Assembly: GCA_964353855.1 (NCBI GenBank)
Contig: CAYGWX010000001.1
Span: 139,389 to 203,388, forward strand
Origin: an uncultured bacterium
GTDB lineage: Bacteria > Edwardsbacteria > CAYGWX01
Direction of reading: 5' to 3'
DNA: 64,000 nucleotides
The notes under the pieces were generated by a model, which saw only the letters and a program-made list of their open reading frames with translations, was not told the origin of the DNA and did no database searches. This document shows, piece after piece, positions 16,621 through 25,735 of the stretch. A program made the translations under genes and the position numbers. Position 1 is the stretch's first letter; each line of letters begins with the position of its first letter.

Positions 16621-16749
16621 CCTGGTACTGCGGTTAGTCGGTTGGACAGTTGGGCGGTTAAACGGTAACGGCAAAGACTAACCAAGACAACAAGCAACCA
16701 AACAAAAGAGGCGGGGCTTCGCCCCGCCCCCCACGTAGGAGGGAAAACA

Positions 16750-17373
16750 ATGGCACGGTCAAATATTACGATTGAGGGTTTGAAAAACATAAGAGACCAA
16801 GTCGTTTTTGACCTGACAAATGCAGCACACATTGACAATGTGTTTTGGCAGATCCAAGCCATTTTTGAAAATAACCCCGAAATAAATACAGGCGGTATTT
16901 TTCAAGAATGGTTAGTGGATACTTACGTTGATTCAATTACTGTTCGACTTCGCCGCCTTGCAGATAAAGGAAAGAAGAAGATATCTTTATGGCGTCTTCT
17001 TGAAGATTGGAAACGAGACATCGAAAACATTAGGCCTAAGTCAGCAACTAAAGCTGAAATAACAGCTAAACAACAAGAATTAACTAATGCTTTAAATCGT
17101 GTTGAAAGCTATGCTAACTCTAACATAGCCCACCGCGCCCAGAAACCACAGGTTACTGAGCTAACTTATCTTGAGGTCCGCAAAGCTTTGATTTCTACTT
17201 TCAAGATATTTAATTGGTGTTCTTATTTGTTAACTAAATCCGTGTGGGCCACTCCTGTCCCATTGCTTGAGGAAAGTTGGCTTGCTATTTTCAAAGTACC
17301 TTGGCTTAAAGATTCGGCCCCTCCACCTTATAAACACCTCGATAAATTACTCAAGGAGGCTAATGATGGGTAA
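16750..17373 (+). CDS. AT-rich hypothetical protein, possibly AbiU2/HEPN-like (cargo)
   Basis: All-helical; LRRLAD...ISLWRLL and N..IAH resemble AbiU2-type HEPN proteins; much lower GC than flanks. Confidence 0.6.
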   Translation: MARSNITIEGLKNIRDQVVFDLTNAAHIDNVFWQIQAIFENNPEINTGGIFQEWLVDTYVDSITVRLRRLADKGKKKISLWRLLEDWKRDIENIRPKSATKAEITAKQQELTNALNRVESYANSNIAHRAQKPQVTELTYLEVRKALISTFKIFNWCSYLLTKSVWATPVPLLEESWLAIFKVPWLKDSAPPPYKHLDKLLKEANDG

Positions 17374-17470
17374 TGGTATGGTGGCAGCTTGGGGGCAGCG
17401 GTAACAAACCGGTCAGGCGGGGCTTCGTTCCGCCCCCCAAGAAATCCTAAAGCATAGGAGATAGTAAGAA

Positions 17471-18874
17471 ATGAAAAGAATAACAACGATCCTCTGGATT
17501 GTTACTCTTTTCTTCGCTTCCTTCACCCATGCCCAGCAGAAGTGGACCAGGATCTACGGAGGGACAGGCGACGATAGAGGCAACTCTGTCCAGCAGACCT
17601 CAGATGGCGGCTACATCATTGCTGGATATACTACTTCCTACGGGGCAGGGCACGATGATGTCTACCTCGTCAAAACTAACGCTTTAGGGGATACCCTCTG
17701 GACCAGAACCTATGGAGGGTCAGGTTGGGACGAGGGCAACTCCGTCCAGCAGACCTCGGATGGGGGCTATATCGTCGCGGGTTATACTACGTCAGGTGAT
17801 GCTGATGTCTACCTTATAAAAACAAATACCACAGGGGATACCCTCTGGACAAGAACCTATGGAGGGAACTTCGACGATCAAGGATACTTTGTCCAGCAGA
17901 CCACGGATGGGGGCTATATCATCACAGGATCCACCTACTCCTATGGGATAGGCAACTACCTTGTCTACCTTATCAAGACCAATGCCTCCGGGGATACCCT
18001 CTGGACCAGGACCTACGGAGGAACGCGCGGCGATTGGGGCTTCTCCGTACAGCAGACCATAGATGGAGGCTACGTCATCGCAGGAAGGACAGACTCCTTC
18101 GGCGCAGGCAGCGAGGATGTCTACCTCATCAAGACTAATACCTCAGGAGCTACCCTCTGGACCAAGACCTACGGGGGGACAAACGAAGATGAGGGCTGGT
18201 CCGTACAACAAACTTCTGACACGGGCTACATCGTTGCGGGATGGACCCGTTCGTTCGGAATCAGTTATCAGGTCTACCTGATCAAGACCAACGCCGGGGG
18301 TGATACCCTCTGGACACGAACCTACGTAGGGTTGAGCGGCGCTGAGGGCTACTCCGTACAGCAGACCTCGGAAGGGGGCTACATCGTCGCAGGATTCACA
18401 GGCGCCTTCCCTTATGATGTCTACCTCATAAAGACGAATGCTTTAGGGGATACGCTCTGGACCAAGACTTACGGAGGGACGAACAGCGATGAGGGCCGCT
18501 CCGTCAAGCAGACCTTGGATGGGGGCTACATCATCACTGGTTATACCGATTCTTACGGGAACGGCAACCCAGATGTCTACCTCATCAAGACGGATGCGAA
18601 CGGGAATATCGGAGTAGAAGAGAACGCAGAGGTTAGAGGTCAGAGGGTAGAGGGAAGAATAACGGCGAAACCAAATCCCTTTTCATCCTTCGCCACTCTT
18701 CCCGGGCATGAGGCCGAGCGGTTCAGCCTCTACGACGTCTCCGGACGGAAGGTCGGGACCTTTCGGGGCGACCGGGTCGGGGAGGGGCTGGCGCCGGGGG
18801 TGTACTTCGTGTGTAAGGGCACGGCATGCCGTGCCCCTACCACCGCGCCCCTGCGCATCGTGAAAGTGAGGTAA
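17471..18874 (+). CDS. Secreted beta-propeller (WTRTYGG...QQTSDGGYI repeats) with short C-terminal sorting-like domain
   Basis: Signal peptide; seven ~50-aa repeats; C-terminal domain closely similar to that of 4306-5526. Confidence 0.88.
   Translation: MKRITTILWIVTLFFASFTHAQQKWTRIYGGTGDDRGNSVQQTSDGGYIIAGYTTSYGAGHDDVYLVKTNALGDTLWTRTYGGSGWDEGNSVQQTSDGGYIVAGYTTSGDADVYLIKTNTTGDTLWTRTYGGNFDDQGYFVQQTTDGGYIITGSTYSYGIGNYLVYLIKTNASGDTLWTRTYGGTRGDWGFSVQQTIDGGYVIAGRTDSFGAGSEDVYLIKTNTSGATLWTKTYGGTNEDEGWSVQQTSDTGYIVAGWTRSFGISYQVYLIKTNAGGDTLWTRTYVGLSGAEGYSVQQTSEGGYIVAGFTGAFPYDVYLIKTNALGDTLWTKTYGGTNSDEGRSVKQTLDGGYIITGYTDSYGNGNPDVYLIKTDANGNIGVEENAEVRGQRVEGRITAKPNPFSSFATLPGHEAERFSLYDVSGRKVGTFRGDRVGEGLAPGVYFVCKGTACRAPTTAPLRIVKVR
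18813..18840. repeat. REP-like palindrome inserted in frame within CDS
   Basis: gtaagggcacggcatgccgtgcccctac (GTAG-type REP architecture). Confidence 0.7.
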
Positions 18875-18934
18875 GGAAATGAATAGTAATGAATGGTAAT
18901 ATGAAGTAATGAGTTGTAATTCGCTGCAACAGCA

Positions 18935-18969
18935 GGGGGCGCAGAAGGGGTGCGCCCCCCTTCTTTTTT
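18935..18969 (+). terminator. Intrinsic terminator
   Basis: gggggcgca-gaagggg-tgcgccccc followed by T tract. Confidence 0.75.
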
Positions 18970-19074
18970 GTAAAAAGGGGAGTTATTGACTTTTGGCTTA
19001 ATTCTGTGGTAGCATCATTAGAATCATGCCCTGCCAAGCCCTTTTATTTCCCCAAGCCATCGCCTGCGAGTAGG

Positions 19075-20253
19075 ATGCGGAAAGCCCTGATTACCCTGGC
19101 CTTCCTCGCCCTGGTTGCTTCGCTTACCCAAGCGAACTCCGACGCCCCCCTGCCCATCGCCCCCGCCACGAACGTCATCGCCCAGGACACCCCGAACGAC
19201 GGGGGGAACTCCATAGACCTGCGATGGACCCTGTCCGCGGATGACCGGGCCGGGGGCGGAAGAATCACGGGCTACGAGATCCTGCGGGCCGACTCCCCGG
19301 ACGGCCCGTTCGACAAGGTCGGGAGCGTGGGGACCGGGGAGGCCAGCTACACCGACGCCAGCGTCCGGGACGGAAAGCCCTATTATTACAAGATCGCGGC
19401 CATCGGCCCGGAGCAGGGCGCGGAAAGCGCGGCTTCCGAGCCGGTGAAATCCTCCCCCTCCTGGTTCAACCTCCAGAGGGTGAACATGCTCATCGCCGTG
19501 ATCCTGGCCTGCGGGCTGGTGCTGTGGTTCATCTTCCACGCCAAGCAGGGCAAGGAGCTGTTCATCCGGCGGATCGCCGGGCTCTCGGCCGTGGACGAGG
19601 CCCTGGGACGGGCCACGGAGATGGGCAGGCCGGTCCTGTTCCTGCCCTCGGGAGGCCTGGCCGCAGTCTCGGACATCCAGACTCTGGCGGGCCTGATCAT
19701 CCTCGGGCAGGTGGCCAAGAAGACCGCGGAGTTCGACACCCCGCTCCTGGTCCCGGTCTCGGACCCCCTGGTGATGACCCTGGCCCGGGAGATCGTGAAG
19801 ACCTCCTACACCGACGCCGGCAGGCCGGACGCGTTCCGGCCGGAAAACATCCGCTACCTGACCAACGAGCAGTTCGCCTACACCGCCGGGGTGGACGGGA
19901 TCATGCTGCGCGAGAAGCCGGCCGCGAACTTCATGATCGGGACGTTCTACGCCGAGTCCCTGATCCTGGCCGAGACCGGCTACTCCACGGGGGCGATCCA
20001 GATCGCGGGCACGGCGCAGATCTCGCAGCTGCCTTTCTTCGTGGCCGCCTGCGACTACACCCTGATCGGGGAGGAGATCTACGCGGCTTCGGCCTACCTC
20101 TCCAGGGAGCCGGTGCTCCTGGGAAGCCTCAAAGGGCAGGACTGGGGCAAGGCGATCGCCATTCTGGCTGTCGCCCTGGGCGTGATCCTGGAAACAGTTG
20201 CGCTCAAGGCCCCGGCCTTGCATTTCTTCGTGAACCTGTTCACCTCGCGATGA
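19075..20253 (+). CDS. Fibronectin type III plus DUF6754-like membrane protein (set 1, gene A)
   Basis: Signal peptide, FN3-like domain, IRRIAGL.AVDEA.GRATEMG, AESLILAETG, QLPFF...CDYTLIGEE.YAASAYL. Confidence 0.85.
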   Translation: MRKALITLAFLALVASLTQANSDAPLPIAPATNVIAQDTPNDGGNSIDLRWTLSADDRAGGGRITGYEILRADSPDGPFDKVGSVGTGEASYTDASVRDGKPYYYKIAAIGPEQGAESAASEPVKSSPSWFNLQRVNMLIAVILACGLVLWFIFHAKQGKELFIRRIAGLSAVDEALGRATEMGRPVLFLPSGGLAAVSDIQTLAGLIILGQVAKKTAEFDTPLLVPVSDPLVMTLAREIVKTSYTDAGRPDAFRPENIRYLTNEQFAYTAGVDGIMLREKPAANFMIGTFYAESLILAETGYSTGAIQIAGTAQISQLPFFVAACDYTLIGEEIYAASAYLSREPVLLGSLKGQDWGKAIAILAVALGVILETVALKAPALHFFVNLFTSR

Positions 20254-20341
20254 TGGAAGTACGGTGTTCGGTCGGTCGGAATCACCGGACAATAGGATGA
20301 CAGCCTGCATCGAAATGAAGATAGAGTGGTATGGATAGATT

Positions 20342-20375
20342 GAGATTGCTTCGTCACTTCGCTCCTCGCAATGAC
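20342..20375. repeat. Palindromic intergenic repeat (GTCATTGCGAG...GCAATCTC family, reverse)
   Basis: gagattgcttcgtcacttcgctcctcgcaatgac; related to 24491-24538. Confidence 0.7.
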
Positions 20376-20386
20376 ACCTTTCTAAG

Positions 20387-21049
20387 ATGAAACGGCAGAT
20401 CCCCCTCATCCTCACGTTCATCATGGGCCTGTGGGCCGTGGTGGCCTTCTTCGTGCCCCACCGCTACGTGGCGGACTCGGCCCAGCAGTTCCAGAGGTGG
20501 TACCTGATCATCCTGGCCTTCACCACGGTGATCGGGGTGGGCAACCTGATCATGGTCCACGGCGAGAAGATCCAGCGCCGGCAGAAAGGCTGGGGCTTCA
20601 GCGTGGTGCTGATCGCGATGATCCTGGTGATGGCCCTGTTCGGGTACTTCGGGGGCGTCCAGGACGGGACCCGCTACTACTGGCTGTACATCCACGTGAT
20701 GTCCAACCTGGGGGCGGCGATGTTCTCGCTCCTGGCCTTCTTCGTGGCCTCGGCCGCCTACCGCGCCTTCCGGGCGCGGAACAAGGAGGCCACCCTGCTT
20801 CTGGTCGCGGCCGTGATCGTGATGTTCGGCCGGGTGCCGGTGGGAAGCTACCTCTACCGCCTGATCCCCTGGGTCGGGAGCCACTACCCCAATTTCATGA
20901 ACGACCTCACGGGCTGGATCATGAACTTCCCCAACACCGCCGGGCAGCGGGGGATCATGATCGGGGCGGCCCTGGGCGCGGTGTCCATGGCGTTGAGGAT
21001 GCTCCTCGGGATCGAGCGGTCGTACCTCGCGGCCAGCGGGGGGAAGTAA
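20387..21049 (+). CDS. Polytopic membrane protein (set 1, gene B)
   Basis: MFSLLAFF.ASAAYRAFRAR, LLGIER; paralogue of 25736-26371. Confidence 0.85.
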   Translation: MKRQIPLILTFIMGLWAVVAFFVPHRYVADSAQQFQRWYLIILAFTTVIGVGNLIMVHGEKIQRRQKGWGFSVVLIAMILVMALFGYFGGVQDGTRYYWLYIHVMSNLGAAMFSLLAFFVASAAYRAFRARNKEATLLLVAAVIVMFGRVPVGSYLYRLIPWVGSHYPNFMNDLTGWIMNFPNTAGQRGIMIGAALGAVSMALRMLLGIERSYLAASGGK

Positions 21050-21064
21050 AGGACAGGTTCATTT

Positions 21065-21556
21065 ATGACGATTCAGTTATTGGTTACCGGGGGAACATTT
21101 GACAAGGAATATAACGAGCTGGATGGATCTCTTGTCTTCAAGGATACGCACATCCAGGAGATGCTCAGGCTCGGTCGTTGCAAGGTGAACGTTGACGTTC
21201 GCACCCTGATGATGATCGACAGTATGGAAATGACGGAGATGGAGCGAGGAATCATATTAGAAAACTGCCGGAAGTGCAAAAGGGAACGGATCGTCATCAC
21301 CCATGGCTCCGATTCTATGGAGGTGACGGCCCAAACCCTCGGGCAGGCCATTAAAAACAAAACCATCGTGCTCACCGGGGCCATGGTCCCATATAAGTTC
21401 GGAAGTTCGGATGGGCTTTTCAATCTGGGAAGTGCCTTGGCATTTGCCCAGAGTCTTCCGCACGGGGTGTTTGTGGCGATGAATGGCCGTTGTTTCGCCT
21501 GGAACAAGGTCCGAAAGGAAAAGAAAACCGGCGAGTTTGAAGAGATCAGCGATTGA
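21065..21556 (+). CDS. Short asparaginase (N-terminal domain only) protein
   Basis: TGGTFDK, ITHGSDSM, VLTGAM motifs. Confidence 0.85.
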   Translation: MTIQLLVTGGTFDKEYNELDGSLVFKDTHIQEMLRLGRCKVNVDVRTLMMIDSMEMTEMERGIILENCRKCKRERIVITHGSDSMEVTAQTLGQAIKNKTIVLTGAMVPYKFGSSDGLFNLGSALAFAQSLPHGVFVAMNGRCFAWNKVRKEKKTGEFEEISD

Positions 21557-21585
21557 GCTACTACCAGGAGGTGGACCGCTTGTCC

Positions 21586-21630
21586 ATCGGCATTGAGCGC
21601 TCCTACCTGGCGGCGAACGGGGGGAAGTGA
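21586..21630 (+). pseudogene. Remnant duplicate of the 3' end of gene B
   Basis: Encodes IGIERSYLAANGGK* versus LGIERSYLAASGGK* at 21005-21049. Confidence 0.75.
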
Positions 21631-21711
21631 CGAATGAGCAGGGGCAAGGCGATCGTCCTGGCTGTTTTCGCGGTTTGGCCGTTGGCGTATATCATTAGGT
21701 TTTGAAGTCAA

Positions 21712-22218
21712 ATGAAGCTTACGCACATAGCGTTTATCGGTCTCCTTGCCGGTTTGGTCGCATGCTCCAAGCAATCGGCAAGCCCGCCAGACCCATTGAA
21801 TGGTGCCTGGCGGCTAGTGTCGATGCACTTGAACTTGGCAGATGGGAGGGACGTCGAGGTTCCCGTTCACGAAAGCCTTTTCCTCTTTGCAGATGGGTAC
21901 TACTCTATCGGGTATGCGTTCGGGGACAGCAGTCCCGCCCCGTACGCAGAGCGGTGGCACCCGAATGACAGCGAAAAGGTGGCGCGGTTCAGCTCTGTGA
22001 TCGTGAACGCCGGATCGTATCAGCTCAGAGGCTCTCAGCTGGATGCCCGTCCCCTTTTTGCGCTTGCACCGGAGTTTGTGGGCGGCAAAGGGGTCTTCTC
22101 GTTTGCATTCACAGCGGACACGTTAGAGTTGAAGTGGGAGAACAGCATCGCTTTCGACGGGCTGGAATATCCGTCACGAGGTGCCGTGACGCATCTCCGG
22201 CTCGTGCGTAAAAACTGA
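21712..22218 (+). CDS. Lipocalin-like lipoprotein (cassette-like)
   Basis: Lipobox LVAC, LNGAWRLVS motif, beta-rich. Confidence 0.7.
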   Translation: MKLTHIAFIGLLAGLVACSKQSASPPDPLNGAWRLVSMHLNLADGRDVEVPVHESLFLFADGYYSIGYAFGDSSPAPYAERWHPNDSEKVARFSSVIVNAGSYQLRGSQLDARPLFALAPEFVGGKGVFSFAFTADTLELKWENSIAFDGLEYPSRGAVTHLRLVRKN

Positions 22219-22404
22219 GCCGTGGCGCTGGCAATGGGTCTTTCCTCTGGAGCGCAGATGGACAAACCGGAAGGCGGGCGAACAGGGGCGACATCATGTC
22301 GACGAGTCGATCATTCAGCGTTGGGAGGCCCGATGGCCTCAAGGTCTCCCGCAGAGATGAGGCACAGAGGAATGACTGCGCAGACCGCCACAAGAGGAGC
22401 GACC

Positions 22405-22800
22405 ATGACAACAAGAACGCGGATTCTCTTCGCCATGGCTATAGCCAGCGTATTGGCGGTGCTGACGGCCTTGTTGCTCCTCAACGGGAACGTCAGCATA
22501 GCTATTTGGATGGAAGGTCCGTACTTCCCGCTCACGCTGCTACTTCCGGGGAGTGTGGACACGCTGCCCACTATGGTGGTGGTCGTAGCAGCTTACTACT
22601 TCGTATCTTCGCTGGTTGCACTCAAGTGCCCCTCCCGGCGGACCGTAGTCCTCGTTGTGTTGATCGTCGTCGCCGTGAATACCCTTGGTGTATATGCGTG
22701 GCATCGCCTGGCCCACCGGTCCGCAAGCGCTGATGGCCGGACGGCCCGACCAGCGTATGCAACCGGCGAGCTTGGGTGTCACGGAGTCTGCCGCGGCTGA
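22405..22800 (+). CDS. Small membrane protein (cassette-like)
   Basis: GAGGAG RBS before ATG 22405; hydrophobic helices; runs into attC-like site. Confidence 0.55.
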   Translation: MTTRTRILFAMAIASVLAVLTALLLLNGNVSIAIWMEGPYFPLTLLLPGSVDTLPTMVVVVAAYYFVSSLVALKCPSRRTVVLVVLIVVAVNTLGVYAWHRLAHRSASADGRTARPAYATGELGCHGVCRG

Positions 22801-22816
22801 TATGGAGACGTTAGGC
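22744..22816 (+). mobile_element. Degenerate integron attC-like site
   Basis: gcccgac-cagcgtatgcaaccg...cgcggctgat...gacGTTAGGC; GTTRRRY core and one-mismatch inverse core. Confidence 0.55.
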
Positions 22817-22868
22817 TGTTGGACAGTTTGACGGTTCGACGATATGCAATCCAAAATCTAAAATCTGA

Positions 22869-23732
22869 ATGAGCTTCCTCTCTAAAGCCCTGACCCTGGA
22901 CCGGCGGTGGATATTCCTGGCCATCGGGGTGGTGGTGATCCTGTTCCTGCTCATCCCGATCACGCTGCCGGTGGACGTGACCCCGGAATCCCAGGGGGTC
23001 TACGACACCATCGAGGCCCTGCCCGAAGGCAGCCCGATCATCGTATCGCTGGACTTCGACCCGCCCTCCAAGCCGGAGCTGGATCCGATGGCCCTGGCCG
23101 TGATCCGGCACTGTTTCCGCAGGAACCTGAAGGTGGTGGCCATGGGTTTGTGGATCACCGGCGCCCCGCTCATCGAGCAGGACATCAACCAGGTAAAGGC
23201 CAGCGGGTTCCCGGACAAGAAGTACGGCGAGGACTACGTCAATCTGGGCGTCAAGGTCGGGGGCTACGTGGTGGTGAACACCATGGCCCGGTCCATCCGG
23301 GACGCCTTTCCCACGGACTACTACCAGACGCCCCTGGAGCGGCTGCCGATGATGCAGAACATCAAAACCCTGCGGGACATCCCGGTGGTGATCAGCTTCT
23401 CAGCCGGGGACCCGGGGATCAAGGACGCCTGGGTGCCCTTCGCGCACCAGAGGTACCACTGCATCGTGGCCGGGGGGTGCACCGCGGTCTCGGTCTCGGA
23501 GTTCTCCCCCTACCTCCAGGCCAGGCAGCTCTCCGGGCTCCTGGGCGGGATGCGCGGGGCAGCGGAGTACGAAAAACTGGTGAACGCCAAGGCCCTGGCC
23601 ACCCGGGGGATGAACGCCCAGAGCTTCGCGCACCTCCTGATCATCCTGTTCATCGTGTTCGGGAACGTGGCCTTCTTCCTGACGCGAAGAACGAGGGTTC
23701 AAGGGGCCGAGGGGTCGAGGGGCCAAGGGTAA
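22869..23732 (+). CDS. Membrane-anchored protein (set 1, gene C)
   Basis: DRRWIFL, YGEDYVNLG, GLLGGMRGAAEYE, AQSFAH; paralogue of 26368-27189. Confidence 0.85.
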   Translation: MSFLSKALTLDRRWIFLAIGVVVILFLLIPITLPVDVTPESQGVYDTIEALPEGSPIIVSLDFDPPSKPELDPMALAVIRHCFRRNLKVVAMGLWITGAPLIEQDINQVKASGFPDKKYGEDYVNLGVKVGGYVVVNTMARSIRDAFPTDYYQTPLERLPMMQNIKTLRDIPVVISFSAGDPGIKDAWVPFAHQRYHCIVAGGCTAVSVSEFSPYLQARQLSGLLGGMRGAAEYEKLVNAKALATRGMNAQSFAHLLIILFIVFGNVAFFLTRRTRVQGAEGSRGQG

Positions 23733-23801
23733 CAGCATCATTTTACTCAGAAGAAACAAAACCGCCATGCCAATACAACAAACCTCTTACCCGCTTAGCT
23801 C

Positions 23802-24476
23802 ATGAACTGGACGGTGATCGGCATCTGGATCGGGGCGCTCCTGACCCTGTGCATCTACTCCTTCCTGTACAAGGACAACCCCTTCTACAAGTTCGCGGAG
23901 CACGTCTATGTGGGCATCTCGGCGGGCTACCTCCTGGCCCAGGACTTCTGGATCCAGCTCCGGCCCAACCTGTTCCTGCCCCTGTGGAACGACTACGCCC
24001 AGGGCCAGGTCCATTTCGGGTTCATCCCGGCGCACTGGTACCTGTTCATCCCCGGGATCCTCGGGCTCCTGGTGTTCACGATCTTCATCCCCAAGGTCTC
24101 CTGGATGTTCCGCTACACCCTGGCCTTCACCGTGGGGGTGTTCTCGGGACTGGCGATCACGGCCGAGCTCTCGTCCCGGGTCCTGCCCCAGATCGAATCC
24201 ACGATACAGCCCCTGCTGGCCTTCCCGGCCGGGCACTTCTCAGCCTGGGGCACTTTCTGCAACCTCGTCCTCGTGGCCGGGGTGCTCTCCACCCTGGTCT
24301 ACTTCTTCTTCTCCAAGGAGCACAAGGGCTTCATCGGGGCCGGGGCCAAGCTGGGCATCTGGTACCTGATGGTCGCCTTCGGAGCGGCCTTCGGGTACAC
24401 GGTCATGGCGCGGATCTCTCTCCTCATCGGGCGGATGCAGTTCCTCCTGGGGGACTGGCTGCATCTGATGAGATGA
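23802..24476 (+). CDS. Polytopic membrane protein (set 1, gene D)
   Basis: SFLYKDNPFYKFAEH, FGYTVMARISLLIGR; paralogue of 27186-27842. Confidence 0.85.
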   Translation: MNWTVIGIWIGALLTLCIYSFLYKDNPFYKFAEHVYVGISAGYLLAQDFWIQLRPNLFLPLWNDYAQGQVHFGFIPAHWYLFIPGILGLLVFTIFIPKVSWMFRYTLAFTVGVFSGLAITAELSSRVLPQIESTIQPLLAFPAGHFSAWGTFCNLVLVAGVLSTLVYFFFSKEHKGFIGAGAKLGIWYLMVAFGAAFGYTVMARISLLIGRMQFLLGDWLHLMR

Positions 24477-24490
24477 CCGTTTCCTAAGGG

Positions 24491-24538
24491 GTCATTGCGA
24501 GCCCATTCAGAGTCATTCTGAGCGAAGCGAAGAATCTC
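24491..24538. repeat. Palindromic intergenic repeat at junction of the duplicated sets
   Basis: gtcattgcgag...gtcattctgagcgaagcgaagaatctc. Confidence 0.65.
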
Positions 24539-24570
24539 AACCTCTCGTTGCCAACTCTCTCTTCCTTTTA

Positions 24571-25734
24571 ATGCGGACGCTTAGTTTGTTTAGGGATCAT
24601 CGTAAGCACCAGGGCCTGAAGGCCCTGTTGCTCTTTGTGCTGCTGGCTTTCCTGGCCCCGCCCTCCTCTGCAGCCTTAGCGCCTCCGGAAAGCATCAAGG
24701 CCTTCGATACCCCGAACGATGCCGGAGGTACGATCACCATCACCTGGAAGGCCTCCCCGGACGACAGCCAGCTTTTGGGCTATTCGGTGAAGCGCAGTGC
24801 AAAGCCGGAGGGGCCATATCAGGAGGCCGGGATCGTGCTCAAGGGCCAGGAGGAGTACCAGGACGGGGAGCTCGCCGACGGACAGACTTACTACTACCGC
24901 GTGGACGCCCGGGTCCTGGGAGACTCGGCCTCGTCCGCCCTTTCCGGGCCGGCCATGCCTTCGGCCCAGTGGTTCAATCTGGGGCGGGTAAGCGTCTTAG
25001 CCTTCATCGTGCTCTTCGCGGGGGTGGTACTCTGGTATATTGCCCGGGCGAAAAAAGGGGAGAAACTCTTCATCCGCCGGATCGCCGGGCTGGACGCGGT
25101 GGATGAGGCCGTGGGACGGTCCACGGAGATGGGCCGGCCGTTGATGTTCATCTCGGGCCTCCTGTCCATCGATGACGTCACCACCCTGGCCGCGCTCACC
25201 ATCCTGGGGCGGGTGGCCCGCAAGGCCGCGGAGTACGATACCCCGATCCTGGTGCCCTGCACCGACCCCCTGGTGATGACCACGGCGCAGGAGATCGTGA
25301 AGCAATCCTATTCCGAGGCCGGCAGGCCGGACGCCTACCGGGAGGGGAACATCTCCTACCTGACCTACGACCAGTTCGGATACGCCGCGGGATGCGACGG
25401 GATAATGCTCCGCGAGAAGCCCGGGGCGGTGTTCCTGCAGGGGTATTTCTACGCCGAGTCCCTGATCCTGGCCGAGACCGGGCATTCCATCGGGGCGATC
25501 CAGATCGCGGGCACCACCGCGGTGGACCAGCTGCCCTTCTTCGTGACGGCCTGCGATTACACCCTGATCGGGGAGGAGATGTACGCGGCGTCCTCCTATC
25601 TGACCCGGGAGCCGATCATGCTCGGGACCTTGAAGGGTGAAGACCTGATGAAGCTCCTGATCGTCCTGGCGTTGACGGTCGGGGTGGTGCTGGAGACCTT
25701 CGGGAAGCACTGGATCCAGGCTTTATTCCAATAA
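24571..25734 (+). CDS. Fibronectin type III plus DUF6754-like membrane protein (set 2, gene A)
   Basis: Colinear paralogue of 19075-20253. Confidence 0.85.
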   Translation: MRTLSLFRDHRKHQGLKALLLFVLLAFLAPPSSAALAPPESIKAFDTPNDAGGTITITWKASPDDSQLLGYSVKRSAKPEGPYQEAGIVLKGQEEYQDGELADGQTYYYRVDARVLGDSASSALSGPAMPSAQWFNLGRVSVLAFIVLFAGVVLWYIARAKKGEKLFIRRIAGLDAVDEAVGRSTEMGRPLMFISGLLSIDDVTTLAALTILGRVARKAAEYDTPILVPCTDPLVMTTAQEIVKQSYSEAGRPDAYREGNISYLTYDQFGYAAGCDGIMLREKPGAVFLQGYFYAESLILAETGHSIGAIQIAGTTAVDQLPFFVTACDYTLIGEEMYAASSYLTREPIMLGTLKGEDLMKLLIVLALTVGVVLETFGKHWIQALFQ

Positions 25735-25735
25735 C

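Noticed and set aside
16535-16681. Small peptide ORF in the putative ncRNA of copy 2
   Set aside because: Start codon is absent in copy 1 and conservation follows stems, not codons
21641-21655. 15-bp match ggggcaaggcgatcg to 20144-20158 as an att site
   Set aside because: Short GC-rich match, possibly chance; no supporting structure
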